Source: Trypanosoma brucei (taxonomy: Eukaryota). From it: DNA of 64,000 bases. The notes under the pieces are model-generated. The model was not told where the DNA came from, did no database searches, and saw only the letters and a list, made by a program, of their open reading frames with translations. Location of the stretch: the NCBI GenBank assembly GCA_000002445.1, contig CH464491.1:2688001-2752000 (forward strand), in the 5' to 3' direction. Below are positions 30,085 to 41,051 of this stretch, in pieces. Both the position numbers and the translations under genes were made by a program. The stretch's first letter is position 1, and each line of letters starts with the position of its first letter.

Positions 30085-32409
30085 ATGGAAGGGAGTATGA
30101 GTGGGAAGGGCTTTGTATCAACCCGACTGCTGCAAGCGGTACCTGCGGGGGGTGCAGTCCCAGCACCAAGATCCATTCCGTCCTTCAAACCGGTTCCGTT
30201 CAAGCGAGAAAAGTTTCTCTCTATAAAAACTCGAACTGCCGAAACGTTCTTCGGTACGCGCGACCGACTATTCCGGCGCTCTACCGCTATTGTTGAGCAG
30301 ATGAGTGATATGAGAAGGAAAGAAAACCTATCATCTTCCGTGAGTGGTAGTGGTGGAAATGTCCTCAATGGTTGTGAAGGAATATACATTGGGGCTCCCC
30401 TTACACCACAAATGACGGATGAGATTAACGCGTGGAACAGAAATCTTCAAGGTCTTGAGGGGATGCAAGGATTTGTTCTCACTGACGAGTTAGTGTACGA
30501 GGCTGTCTCTAGGAACATTCGCATGGGTGCATTCCCGCATGCGCTGAATTGGTTGGAAAAGGCTGCGCGCGAAAAGCGGCTTCCCGTGCCAACTTTAGTG
30601 CTGAAGGACCTGCGCATGTTCTTTGATTTTGTGCTTTCTGTGCTCCCCGCGAGCAACGCAACCTTCTCAACTGCAGTCGACATGCTGCTCGAGGAAACGG
30701 CTTCGACTATGTTGCCTGAAGTATCGACCGATGGGTCGCGTGGCGGGGAAAATGAAGATGAAGTCACTTGCGGTGAGGTGTGCGAAAACTCGCCAATACG
30801 ACTTGCAAGCACTTCACCTTTCGCACTCCACATTTTCAGAGAATTATTCGCGCCCGTCTGGGGTTGCCTGCTGCGTCTTGGTCTGCTTCCTACGGTTGCG
30901 TCTGCGCAAAAGGAGTGGGATCGTTTGCAGGGAAACAAGGTCTCTGACGGTGTATTGTCAGGTTTGATTGAGCGTATAGACTTTGATGGGTGCGCACCCT
31001 CCAACAGAGAGAGTAGTGGCACTAACGTGGGAAAGGTGCCTGCGGCACGGCAAGCGTATATGGAACTCCTTCTATCTCTTGCACAATGCGCTGCCGAGGC
31101 GAAAGAGGTATATGTCCTTTTACACCTTCAATCTACCTTCTGTGCATTATTTGCTGAACCAAGGGATGAGGGCCGCTCTCACCCCTCGGTTTCTTCTGAC
31201 GATTCCCGCCTTCAGCGTTGGAGGTTGCGACGGAATGTTTGGTGCAATTCGGATGATGGCAGGGAATACTTTCACCGCTTTGCGAACGATTTCCTTTCTT
31301 CTGTATATTATGGCCGCCAGCTCTACCAAAGCGAAGTCTCGCTAAATAATTGTGTTCGACATTTGTCCAGTACCGTGCCCGGGGTGCAAGGAACAGAAGA
31401 GCTGGGAGATATGCGGAACGATGGACGGGATGTTGGAGGTGCCGACGATGAACAACGGCAGCCAAACAATCCGGATGCTGACGAAGATGGCAAGTCAAGG
31501 TTGTTTACGGTGGAGGAGGCCGTGGAAAATGTATTGTGGGAGGTGATGAGCCATGAGGCGTCACTGTTCCCCGATGCACTCGCATACGCCGGACTTCTGC
31601 TTCGACGTACTGTGACTGATACAACTCTTCCTACTTCCGCAACAAACCCTCGCTTCAGTCGGGCGGAGCTTGAGTGGATGCAGCTTCATAGTGACATGTG
31701 CCGTCGCTCCCACGGTGGTGAGGACGTGACAGCCGAGTTACTGAATCTCATTCGCCCAGGTTCCACGGTAACACGAGGACTGGCACTGAATGCTACATGT
31801 CTCGAGGATAAACAGTGTCTTCTGGGACTGGTGGTTGAGACAGTTATTACGATTGCTGGGGTGTCGAGGCTAGCGGGCCCTCAACGAGGTGACCTGATTA
31901 TTAAGGCTACCACGCAGTTGCTTCTGTGTATGAGGGAGGTTGAATGTCAGGGAGGACAGCGGTTGATGCTCCCTCAGTACAGTGTAGGATGCGTAATGGT
32001 ATCCTTGGTGCCCTTACTTCGTACCACGCTTGAATCTGCTTTCAAAAGTTTAAAACAAACTGAGTGTTGTGAGGGCCACATTAAACTCTCATTTTCCCGC
32101 AGAGATGTTCTGCGTATTGTGAGGGGTCTGATGCCGAGTATATTGGAGCAACGAGTGGTATTTGGTAACGTGTACAGCGGAGTGATAACAGTTCTGACGC
32201 TGGCAGAAATGTGGGACGAAGTGATGCAGGTACTGAAACATTTAGACCAGCCACATGTGTCAGATGGTGAGGATGGTGACCATCAGGGAATAAGCAGCCT
32301 GTTGGTGGATCAGCGGGTATGGGCTTGGTTGTTTCGCCGTGCTCGCGATGCTGGTCAGGTGGAAATTTGTTTGTTCCTGCGCAGTCGGCGTGAGAAGTTG
32401 TTTTACTAG
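30085..32409 (+). CDS. hypothetical protein, 774 aa
   Basis: ORF-track start 30043 is TTG inside a polypyrimidine tract; first ATG 30085 (MEGSMSGKG...) immediately follows the poly-Y tract; long uninterrupted frame. Confidence 0.5.
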   Translation: MEGSMSGKGFVSTRLLQAVPAGGAVPAPRSIPSFKPVPFKREKFLSIKTRTAETFFGTRDRLFRRSTAIVEQMSDMRRKENLSSSVSGSGGNVLNGCEGIYIGAPLTPQMTDEINAWNRNLQGLEGMQGFVLTDELVYEAVSRNIRMGAFPHALNWLEKAAREKRLPVPTLVLKDLRMFFDFVLSVLPASNATFSTAVDMLLEETASTMLPEVSTDGSRGGENEDEVTCGEVCENSPIRLASTSPFALHIFRELFAPVWGCLLRLGLLPTVASAQKEWDRLQGNKVSDGVLSGLIERIDFDGCAPSNRESSGTNVGKVPAARQAYMELLLSLAQCAAEAKEVYVLLHLQSTFCALFAEPRDEGRSHPSVSSDDSRLQRWRLRRNVWCNSDDGREYFHRFANDFLSSVYYGRQLYQSEVSLNNCVRHLSSTVPGVQGTEELGDMRNDGRDVGGADDEQRQPNNPDADEDGKSRLFTVEEAVENVLWEVMSHEASLFPDALAYAGLLLRRTVTDTTLPTSATNPRFSRAELEWMQLHSDMCRRSHGGEDVTAELLNLIRPGSTVTRGLALNATCLEDKQCLLGLVVETVITIAGVSRLAGPQRGDLIIKATTQLLLCMREVECQGGQRLMLPQYSVGCVMVSLVPLLRTTLESAFKSLKQTECCEGHIKLSFSRRDVLRIVRGLMPSILEQRVVFGNVYSGVITVLTLAEMWDEVMQVLKHLDQPHVSDGEDGDHQGISSLLVDQRVWAWLFRRARDAGQVEICLFLRSRREKLFY

Positions 32410-32856
32410 CGCGAGAAGAATTGTTGCCTCGGACACCGAAGCTACGATGAAACTTCGCAACAGTTAGTTCATGTGAACTGTGGGAGGGGCCCGGTTGAAG
32501 GCCCTCAAGAGGGTGCCCAACGATCAATCTGTATAACTTCTACTTCACATACGCACCTGCATGCGCGCATGCTCCCAGCTCCATGTTGGTAGGCGCCATC
32601 CAATTGTTACTGTTTATTTACTTGTGTTTTCTACCTTTGTTGTTGATGCTTGTCGTCAGAACAGTAGGCCTCACACAGTTAAGGTAGTGTCAGTGAGGGA
32701 ACCAGTAAACAAAGCACCCGTTTGTATCCTGGTGGACTTCATCAGTTGAGACCTTTTGTTGGTTATCAGTCACACATAATTCGTGCGAAGACACACGTTT
32801 CCAAAGATATATATACATATATATATATATAATCTGCTGTAGGTTAAGTAGTGGGG

Positions 32857-33396
32857 ATGCTTCGGTTCACTCATAGGGCTCTAACAGCTACTCCCGAACG
32901 CTTCTCCGTGCTAGGTACGACGCATCCCAAACCCAAACGCACTGGCTTTGGTCGTAACAACAAAATGCGCTCGAAACCTAGTGACAATGTAGCGTGGTAT
33001 GACAAAGGCCCGGTTGAGTGGCTCCCTCGCCCTGTTAGACTTACTTATGACCATCTTGATCAACTCCAGCAGTGGATGATGCGTGCTACGCTTGACGGGC
33101 GAACGGAGGAGTTTAATCGCATCCGGGACCTTCACCGCGAGTGGTCGCAGCACCCGCTCATGCCAGTTCTGGGCGATGTGGAGCCAAAGTTTCCCCTCAA
33201 CTTATTCAAGCAAAATCACAGAGCGAAGAAGCGTTTCTTGGTGCGGTGGCATAAAGCTAATACACCAGCGAATTGGCTGTGGATGCCACGCGGCCCGACG
33301 GTTGTCACCCCTCTGCACCGCACCAACCCAACGCAGTACCCGGAAAATTGGAAGCAAATGGTGCAGAGAAAGTCTGGAACAGGCACCCCTTCGTGA
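32857..33396 (+). CDS. hypothetical basic protein (possibly organellar/ribosome-associated)
   Basis: ORF-track start 32851 is GTG; ATG at 32857; 179 aa, basic, W-rich; no domain recognised. Confidence 0.4.
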   Translation: MLRFTHRALTATPERFSVLGTTHPKPKRTGFGRNNKMRSKPSDNVAWYDKGPVEWLPRPVRLTYDHLDQLQQWMMRATLDGRTEEFNRIRDLHREWSQHPLMPVLGDVEPKFPLNLFKQNHRAKKRFLVRWHKANTPANWLWMPRGPTVVTPLHRTNPTQYPENWKQMVQRKSGTGTPS

Positions 33397-33437
33397 TGAC
33401 TCTTCGATTGCTTTTATTTGTACTCGGGTTTAGCGAA

Positions 33438-33475
33438 GTGTGTGTGTGTGCTTGTGTATGTGTGTGTGTGTGTGT
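33438..33475. repeat. (GT)n imperfect microsatellite
   Basis: gtgtgtgtgtgtgcttgtgtatgtgtgtgtgtgtgtgt. Confidence 0.9.
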
Positions 33476-33988
33476 TTAGCTTTCCTTTAAGGGATGAGAA
33501 GGAGGAGTTGCCATTGGTCTATTGCGTGCCATCTACAGGTTCTAACCACCTGCGCATACTTTGAGGAAGTGTCTGTATTCCGATTTACCGCGGTACCACA
33601 GAAAAATTGCTAAGCGTATTGCACTGTCATACCGTATGTTTCACCGCCGGCCTTTCTCTACCTTATGCTGTTGACTTGTTTTGTGGTTGTAAAAGGGTTG
33701 TGTTTATAGGGGTTCTAGCGAAGGAGGGGGAACCCACGCAAGGGACGAGTCAAGGATACATTAGAGATACCATATAGTATTGCGTGCTTGATACGGGCGT
33801 GTTGGCCTACCTGAGCTGGTGTCGATACATAAAAAAAGCATAAATAGACTAGACATAAAAACATGAGCATGCCATGCAATATTCGTGATGCATTAACTTT
33901 GCAGTTTTGTTGGGTGAATGTCCTGGTGCGTCGACGAAATGGCCATTACACATCATTTGCGCGCGTACGGGCGGCGTTATTTGCCAGC

Positions 33989-34432
33989 ATGCATGCGTGT
34001 TTTATAGTTACACTACTGTTTTATTTTGTTTTTGAACCTTTTTCTTGGGTTCTTGCCTTTCTTATACAGTTGATCCTCTTCATTATTTCAGTCGTACACA
34101 CCGCTCTGATCTCCGAGTACGAAGAGCGTCTAAATAATGCAATGGAGCTGGAGAGACAGCTGAACCCTCTCATCATCGCCGAATTAACTTTTCGTTGCTT
34201 CAGTCTGTTCCACTTGTTTTTGCTGCACTGGTGGTTCGCTTTTGCCGTCGGTCTGCTGGAGCCGCTGCACAATTACTGGTCCTATCGTAGAGCACATTTC
34301 CTGGTGGATGCAGCAACAACATGGAAACAATTAGGCTCTTTGAGGACGGATGCCCGTCTGCGGCTGATGATCCAAGGTCTGTTGTTGATACTCACCTTCG
34401 CATACCTTACGCTCGCTCTGTTACCAAACTAA
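33989..34432 (+). CDS. cornichon/Erv14-family ER cargo receptor homolog
   Basis: Using Met43 of the ORF (ATG 33989): MHACFIVTLLFYFVFEPF...ISEYEERLNNAMELERQLNPLIIAELTFRCFSLFHLFLLHWWFAFAVGLLEPLHNYWSY parallels cornichon ...[62 protein letters not shown]; 3 predicted TM helices, 147 aa. Confidence 0.6.
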   Translation: MHACFIVTLLFYFVFEPFSWVLAFLIQLILFIISVVHTALISEYEERLNNAMELERQLNPLIIAELTFRCFSLFHLFLLHWWFAFAVGLLEPLHNYWSYRRAHFLVDAATTWKQLGSLRTDARLRLMIQGLLLILTFAYLTLALLPN

Positions 34433-35385
34433 GACAGAAGTTGCAACGCTTAGGTTTCTGTCATCTTTCCTTCGCATATTTTGTCTCAAGTGAGCGGAGA
34501 GATCCTTGACGAGTGTGCCGCTAATTGCACTCGGTGCGGCAAGGGATGAGAAGAGTAAAGGAGCCAATCCAGTTCATTGTGGTGACTTGGTGTCGTTAGC
34601 GTCACATGGATATGCTTCACAGCCTCCAAGTTTTCCGCGTGTTTGGTTAACTCTTTATTACCCCTTTCCCCCGACTGCGGATTCGGAAGGAAAAACTGTG
34701 GTAGCGTTCGGACGGAAGAAATGAGCGGAGGCAAATGGTGTGTTGTTTTTTGACAGTCGTGCCACACTTCGGTTTTGCACGTAACAAGCCTCCTTCATTT
34801 ATTCTTTGTTTAATATTTTTGTGTGTTACACATCACTTCGCCTTGTCGCACCGTTATTATCCATTACTGACTTCGAAACACATCGTCCGCAGTTGGATTG
34901 TCACTTTCTGTTTTCGTGGCGGCGGAAGCAATTCTTTCCTTCACCCCACATATTTATTACGTTATAGCGGGGACCGAAAGGGAACTGTGTGAGTCAGTTG
35001 GTTGCTTTTGCTTGTGAAGGGGAAGGAGGATGGTTGTATCTTATGGAGTTTTGTGTGGGAGCTTGTTTACCCTACTGGTTGTTATTTGTGGAGGTGTCGT
35101 GCCTTACTACTCACTGGCGTGCCGTTTTCTCTTTTGAATTTGGTGATGCAGAAAAGAAACAAGGTGATCATCGCTTGTGTCGGTCAATGCATAAATGTTA
35201 GGAGAGTTGTGTCTGTACCTTTAACTATTCTGTATACCCGTTGTGATGTGCGCTTGCTATATTTCCTCGCTTTCCGCCTTAATTACCTTATATCTCACAT
35301 ACGCGCAGTGATATAGTCTGGGAGTGTGAGTGGAGTTCCATTGGACATCAGGGTTTGTACGGCGACGAACTCGAAAAAAGTGACA

Positions 35386-35841
35386 ATGAGTGCACCAATG
35401 GCTCGCAGGGATTACTTTTCTATGGGATCGCGCTGCTGCATCGCATGCGGGCAATGGATCCCGTCTGAACACGATATGCCTCGGAGTGGAAGTGCTGCAG
35501 CTGGAGGTTTGCAGTGTCGGCGATGCAACGTTGTGCAGCCGGAGCGCCCCATGCCTGATTTTGAAAAAGCTTCGGAGGTAACAACAGCAGCCCTCCTTTT
35601 TACAAAGGCAGAAATCGACGCTGCATGGAAAAGTGTGAAGCATTCCCTTGAGGAGGCGAGGAGGGAAGATGTTGGTGTTGCCCAGACGGACAATCGTGTT
35701 GAGGAGGAGGCGTTCTGCGAGAAATGTGGTGTGCCACGCAAGTGTAAGGTGTTTGCGCGGCAAATACGTAGTGCCGATGAGGGTCAAACAGTCTTCTACC
35801 AATGCACCTCGTGTGACTCGGAGTGGCAGCTCAACTCATAA
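35386..35841 (+). CDS. RNA polymerase subunit with TFIIS-type C-terminal zinc ribbon (Rpa12/Rpc11/Rpb9 family)
   Basis: ORF-track start 35326 is GTG; ATG at 35386; N-terminal ribbon CIACGQW...CRRCN; C-terminal CEKCGVPRKCKVFARQIRSADEGQTVFYQCTSCDSEW carries the hallmark Q-x-RSADE-x-x-T-x-F-x-x-C-x-x-C motif. Confidence 0.65.
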   Translation: MSAPMARRDYFSMGSRCCIACGQWIPSEHDMPRSGSAAAGGLQCRRCNVVQPERPMPDFEKASEVTTAALLFTKAEIDAAWKSVKHSLEEARREDVGVAQTDNRVEEEAFCEKCGVPRKCKVFARQIRSADEGQTVFYQCTSCDSEWQLNS

Positions 35842-36478
35842 CTTGTGAGCTTTCCTTTAGTAGCACATAAGTTGGAGGAAGGGGCACGCGGATGTGAGTG
35901 TACTCCACGCTTCTTTACAAGTTTATAACATAAGGTAAACACGGCGTGCATGAGGATACTCCAGCGTTTTGAGACACCGTTTAAAGCATGTGGCCCATAG
36001 CTCTATTTGCAACCTTTGCACAGCCATTACGTTGTGTAATGGGCCTTTGGACTTTTCGTTGTAGTCTTACAGGTCTACCCTCGTTTGACCTTTGGCATTT
36101 GAGCGGGTTGTAAGTGTGCTCGGGATCTCGTCTCGTTAATGTGAGAGTTGATACACATTTCCACACTGTCTGCCTTCGTTCTTTGCAATTGCCTGATCTA
36201 ACTGTGACCTTCCTTGCAGCAGTCTTTTTTTTTTTTTTTGAGTTCACTTTTACCGGTGTTGGCGGGCGCTTTCTATCGCTGCAACCATTGGCAGAGAGTA
36301 GACACAGGCCGTTAAGGTAGCAAAGAAACAGAGAAAGGGAAGTTAGAAAGCTTCAGTTCGAACCGCTCGTGTACCTTGACATCTGAGTTTCTGGTGGTTT
36401 GAGTAAAAGACTGCACGACGAAAGAGAGCAGTGGTATTGGGAAGAAAAAAAAAAGAGAACTTTAGCTTGTAAAGCACC

Positions 36479-38185
36479 ATGCGAAACGATAAGTCGATGC
36501 CGCACACGGCGAACCCTTCCCCGATCCCGCCCTCCAATGGCGGTACGATTTGTTCTGACCACAAGTCGCTCGAGCTTTTCAACGCCGCGCATCCAAACCC
36601 AACAGGGCAGCAAATTGAAGTTGCACCAATTGCATTTCTCACAACAAATCGCGTTGTATCTGCCCTGAAGAAAGCAATAGGGCGTTTGGAGCTGCTGAAC
36701 CTGCTCGACACTACGGCTCCGGACGATGGCTACAATGCTTCTCCATTCGTGACCGAACAACGAACAACCAATAGTCTATTCGCCAAAGAAGCGAAATCAA
36801 CTACCGCCGACACGGTACCACGTAAAGCCGCGTTGATCGCCGGACTTGGGGGTGAGACATCCCACCGAGAAATAAGGGAGATAAATCACGCCCTTCAGGT
36901 AGCTGCGACAAAACAACGCACCGTCCGACCCACCGTTGGGGACCTTGTACAAGAACAGCAGGCCCTTGAACAAAAGTATGGCGAACTCCTACAAAAGGTG
37001 GGGCGTGTCAATCCTAGTAGGAGCGGTCCGACCTTAGACCCGAGCTGCTTTGCTTCCGTGCAAGACTTGGATAAACTGGCTCTCATAGAGGAGCTTAAGC
37101 AAACCTCCAAGCGGCTACGAGAACATAATAAGGCCCTTTTCACACGTCTTAAGGACAATCCCAATGACTCCGACAACTGGAAGAAGGTTGGCAACGAGCG
37201 GTTAGAGTTGATAGAGCTACTCAAATCTGTCATTAAAGAGCTCACTGTGGGGTACGCCAGTGGTCGGACGCAGTCTGCAAGAACCGGCCTTTTGGCTAGA
37301 CGCTACAGTCGAGGACCGAGGCTGAGTGGGACAAATGACAGTTCTGGTACGGAGGCGCGAGAAACAACTCTATCAACTGCCATGAACCGGTTTGGTAGTT
37401 CGGTACAACTGAAACGAGCTGGGCGGAGCCCTTCAGCCGCGCGCATTCCGCTTACCTCCACCTTTGAAAAGTTTGCCAAACTAGTTTCAGATGAGCAGAG
37501 TGCTCAGTTGTGGGCGAGTGAGCTTGTGCTGAAGGAAAAAGAACTGAATCAAAATGTGAAACAGCTTCAGCAAGAGCTCAAGACCCAGAAATTATTGAGG
37601 GAGAAGGAAGTCACCGAGTTAAAGTTGCGTGTCGCCGAGCTGAGGCAGAAACTGCGTCAAGAGAAAAAACTAACTAAGCAGCGCGGTGATATGGTGAGAG
37701 CGGCCGCCGAAGCTGCGCACGAAGCAATGCAGCGTGCTGCAGATGATAAGGCGCATATTGTATTGGATGGCATGCAGGCAAACAGAGCTACGGATGTGAT
37801 GGAAGAACGCGCGCATGCCGCGTTCAAGGAGCATCTCTTAGAACGTACTGCTGCGATGGATGATCTTGCTATGCAGTGGGACAGGAAGAATCAAAATGAG
37901 GTGAAGCGTGCTGAGGCACGTAAGATTGATCTGGAGCAAATGCGGCAGCAGTGCGCCGAGCGTTTAGAGAAGGCCCGCAAAGACAAGGAGGTGGAGCTGG
38001 AAAAGAAAGCAGAGAGAGATGCTGAAAAGGAAAAACTGGAAGCTGCAAAAGTAGCGGAGGAGCTGCGGAGGAATACGGTTTATGAAGCCGTGTCAAAGAT
38101 ACAGTCGGCGATTCGGGCGATGTTCACGCGGAAAGCGGTTGCTGTATTGAGGAAGAAAGCTAGCAAGCATAAGCGCAAGACCTGA
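36479..38185 (+). CDS. coiled-coil protein (hypothetical), C-terminal IQ-like motif
   Basis: 568 aa; extended heptad-like charged regions (LKEKELNQNVKQLQQELKTQKLLREKEVTELKLRVAELRQKLRQEKK...); ends IQSAIRAMFTRKAVAVLRKKASKHKRKT. Confidence 0.5.
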   Translation: MRNDKSMPHTANPSPIPPSNGGTICSDHKSLELFNAAHPNPTGQQIEVAPIAFLTTNRVVSALKKAIGRLELLNLLDTTAPDDGYNASPFVTEQRTTNSLFAKEAKSTTADTVPRKAALIAGLGGETSHREIREINHALQVAATKQRTVRPTVGDLVQEQQALEQKYGELLQKVGRVNPSRSGPTLDPSCFASVQDLDKLALIEELKQTSKRLREHNKALFTRLKDNPNDSDNWKKVGNERLELIELLKSVIKELTVGYASGRTQSARTGLLARRYSRGPRLSGTNDSSGTEARETTLSTAMNRFGSSVQLKRAGRSPSAARIPLTSTFEKFAKLVSDEQSAQLWASELVLKEKELNQNVKQLQQELKTQKLLREKEVTELKLRVAELRQKLRQEKKLTKQRGDMVRAAAEAAHEAMQRAADDKAHIVLDGMQANRATDVMEERAHAAFKEHLLERTAAMDDLAMQWDRKNQNEVKRAEARKIDLEQMRQQCAERLEKARKDKEVELEKKAERDAEKEKLEAAKVAEELRRNTVYEAVSKIQSAIRAMFTRKAVAVLRKKASKHKRKT

Positions 38186-38708
38186 GAGAGCATCACTGTA
38201 TATGTTGTGTTACACCGTTTGCAAAATGTTTGAAACCTTTCCCGGCGGTTGAAACTGTAACTTGTATGGGCGGAAGGTTGGTTGGCCACGCTGTTCTGCC
38301 TCCTTCCCCCAGGTGGTCAGGGCATGGTGTCACCGTTCTTTACCATACATTCATTAGAGATACGTAACTACACGATGTATTCCAGACGGGCATTTAAATA
38401 GTGATGCTTGTATGTACTCACATGCATCAATTGAGGTGCGCCCCACTGCAGACCAATGCGGCTAAATTTATTTTCTGTAATGACTTGATCTGCGCGGGTG
38501 CGCTTGCCAATGTTTCTCATTCTGTTAGTGTTGGCCATGGGCTTCATTTGTTCAATTATTTTCATTGTTGGACACATCCTCATTGCGCTTTCACTTTCAC
38601 GTACAACCACTATCGCTTCCGTTTTGTTTCTACCGAACCATTTTCCATGCAATGTCATGTAGGATCTGGGCCCCCACTAATTGGTAAAAATAGTTGCTTT
38701 CCACGTAA

Positions 38709-39437
38709 ATGAGACAAGCGTCTGCGGGAGAACGACGGCGGCTGAAACCCAGGCGGAAGCGTTCAACAACCTCCGTGCCTTGCCGGAAACCATTGAGCGA
38801 AAGGGAGACTGCAGAGTTGTTCCTGTCGGATGTTGCTGCCGCGGGAACGGATGGAGTGGGGCCGAGCAGCTCTGTGGATCAGAGAACATTACCCGCAGAT
38901 GCGCGGAAGAAGGTAAAGAAGGCCCCTGTCACTGTGACGAAGCGTGGAAAGGAGAAAAAAGGAGCAAAGTTGAATGTAAAGGTGGCTCTGGAAGAGGTCG
39001 TCGCTGCGTCTGGACCCGGTGGCATAACTCTGCCCCTTGAGGAAGGTGAGGATGATCCCTCTGTTTCAGTGGAGGTGCTGCAGCAAACCGCAGCTTTTCT
39101 TGCTGCCCTTACACCCAGCCGATCGCACCGCTTTTGGGCGTGCCGGCGGGTGGCCCGTGGGGAGGCAGAAGGGGAGGTGGATGCTGCATTGGAGGTATCC
39201 TCAACGGATAGTGACATCACTGACGGAGGGACGGATGACAGCAATGAGGAGGAGAGTAACGATTTGGAGGACGCACGTGATTCTGGTGATTGCAAAGAGT
39301 GCCCCACGGGCTCCATGGCGGGGAGGGTGACTGTGTCAAAGCATGCGACTAAAAAACCTAATGAGGAAGCGAAGGTGACGAATAAGAATGACGGCGGGTT
39401 GCTTTTCAAAAGCAACCCCGATATCTGGGATGACTGA
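38709..39437 (+). CDS. hypothetical acidic protein
   Basis: 242-codon ATG ORF, coding strand, basic N-terminus and acidic C-terminus (DSDITDGGTDDSNEEESNDLEDARDSGD); no domain. Confidence 0.35.
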   Translation: MRQASAGERRRLKPRRKRSTTSVPCRKPLSERETAELFLSDVAAAGTDGVGPSSSVDQRTLPADARKKVKKAPVTVTKRGKEKKGAKLNVKVALEEVVAASGPGGITLPLEEGEDDPSVSVEVLQQTAAFLAALTPSRSHRFWACRRVARGEAEGEVDAALEVSSTDSDITDGGTDDSNEEESNDLEDARDSGDCKECPTGSMAGRVTVSKHATKKPNEEAKVTNKNDGGLLFKSNPDIWDD

Positions 39438-39869
39438 GTGATGTACCAATGCTATGCATGGTATTTACAGTCACTTAGCTTTGGGGTGCCGGTGGCTCGT
39501 GTAATCAGCACCTACTTGTAGCACTAATTAGTAATAACTTGCGCCCCCCCCCCTTGTACACCTGGATAAGCTTTTACAAGGGTTTTCAGCCTTAAAATTT
39601 GATCTCCTACTCCATTCTTTCGCTTTCGGTGCATGGGCTTCACTGTCTCTTACTTTCCTTGGAATGTGCGAATCAATGCACTTGAATATTTTCCTTTTAT
39701 CTATCTCTCTGCGTCTCTTCTTTCCATGATTCAATTACGCCGCTTTATGCGTGGTTTGCCAGTGTTGTTGACAACCGGACTTGAAGTATCACGGGGTGGC
39801 AACTGGTGAATATCGTTGGATTGCCGAAGCACTCGTTACTGTCACGACGCTTGCGCCGAAAAGGAGCCT

Positions 39870-41051
39870 ATGCACGCGACAGTCACTGCCACACAACATA
39901 TCCTTCAGTCGGTTACCACTCACAGATACGAGCTTGTTGCAGTGTTAATCAGTGGTATCGTTGCCTACTTTGCTACCGTGCGTTTTGTACAGGGGGCCCG
40001 CATAAAGCTAATACAAAGAAGGCTCTGCGGAATAGATATTAATAAAACAACGCCGGAGCAACGAAAGAAGATTGCATCGAAACCGTATGACGAGCTAGAC
40101 GAAGGCGAGAAGCGACTCGTCGTGCCGGAGTCATTTGGCATTCTTGCAGGTGCTGTGTACCTCTCTGCCGTTTTGATAACCACTTCTGTGGCCTTTGGTG
40201 GGGTCTCCCGCCAACTGGATGGATCAGTGACTTCCATTGCCGTTATGCTCCTTCTTGGATTTGTAGATGATGTGCTCGACCTGCGTTGGAGGTACAAAAT
40301 ACTTCTCTCGGCGATAGGCACCATCCCACTTGTCATGACGTTCAAGGGAAGCCTCGAGGTCATCGTTCCCCGCCTCCTCGCGCCTTACCTTGGTTCACCC
40401 ACGCTGTACCTCGGTGTCTTCTACCTTGTGGGTCTGTCGTTGTTGTGCATCTTCTGCACGAACAGCATAAATATTCTCGCTGGTGTTAACGGTGTGGAAG
40501 TAGGGCAAAGTATTGTGATTGCTGTGGCATCTATAGTGCACTGCATTATGCAGATGCGTCTAGAAAGTGATCCGAGCTACGGTGGACCTGCCACCTCAGG
40601 GCAACTCCTAGCCATTGCGCTGCTCGTACCGTTTGTTGGTGTGAGCGCTGCCCTCTGGCGTTTCAACTCGTACCCTGCTTCCATATTTGTGGGTGACAGT
40701 TATACATATTTCGCAGGCACTGTCCTTTCGGTCGCTGGCGTAACAGGTGTCTACAGTAAGACACTCATGCTCTTTTTCGTGCCACAGCTTGTTAACTTTG
40801 CAATTTCGCTTCCGCAGCTACTGCGAATCGTGCCATGCCCCCGCCACCGCGTTCCTCGGTGGGACATGAAGAGGGATGTCATGCAGAACAGTGGTAATTA
40901 CACGCTGTTGAACGCCATCTTGCTTCTACGTGGTGATATGCATGAGCGGGATTTGACGCGTGCGGCGTTGAAACTACAGATTGTCTCTTGCATAGTTGCG
41001 ATGTTCGCAAGATACTTCCTGGCTTCCCTCCTGTACGACCACGTCTACTGA
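39870..41051 (+). CDS. ALG7: UDP-GlcNAc:dolichyl-phosphate GlcNAc-1-phosphotransferase (ALG7/DPAGT1)
   Basis: ORF-track start 39816 is TTG; ATG 39870; signature NSINILAGVNGVEVGQS (GPT family N-x-x-N-x-x-A-G-x-N-G-L-E-x-G-Q), VDDVLDLRWRYK (D-D-x-x-D), multiple TM helices. Confidence 0.85.
   Translation: MHATVTATQHILQSVTTHRYELVAVLISGIVAYFATVRFVQGARIKLIQRRLCGIDINKTTPEQRKKIASKPYDELDEGEKRLVVPESFGILAGAVYLSAVLITTSVAFGGVSRQLDGSVTSIAVMLLLGFVDDVLDLRWRYKILLSAIGTIPLVMTFKGSLEVIVPRLLAPYLGSPTLYLGVFYLVGLSLLCIFCTNSINILAGVNGVEVGQSIVIAVASIVHCIMQMRLESDPSYGGPATSGQLLAIALLVPFVGVSAALWRFNSYPASIFVGDSYTYFAGTVLSVAGVTGVYSKTLMLFFVPQLVNFAISLPQLLRIVPCPRHRVPRWDMKRDVMQNSGNYTLLNAILLLRGDMHERDLTRAALKLQIVSCIVAMFARYFLASLLYDHVY

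Noticed and set aside
29634-30296. 220-aa + ORF and the TTG-initiated N-terminus (30043-30084) of the downstream gene
   Set aside because: Low-complexity translation of CT-rich and T-rich tracts (FFFFLQ..., FFYFYFF). The real gene is taken to start at ATG 30085 after the poly-Y tract.
39544-39553. Homopolymer runs (C10 at 39544-39553; G9 at ~53230-53238; G8 at ~8058-8065)
   Set aside because: They are short intergenic homopolymers with no flanking structure suggesting G-quadruplex arrays or telomeric (TTAGGG) repeats. Only a single isolated ttaggg occurs at ~41916.
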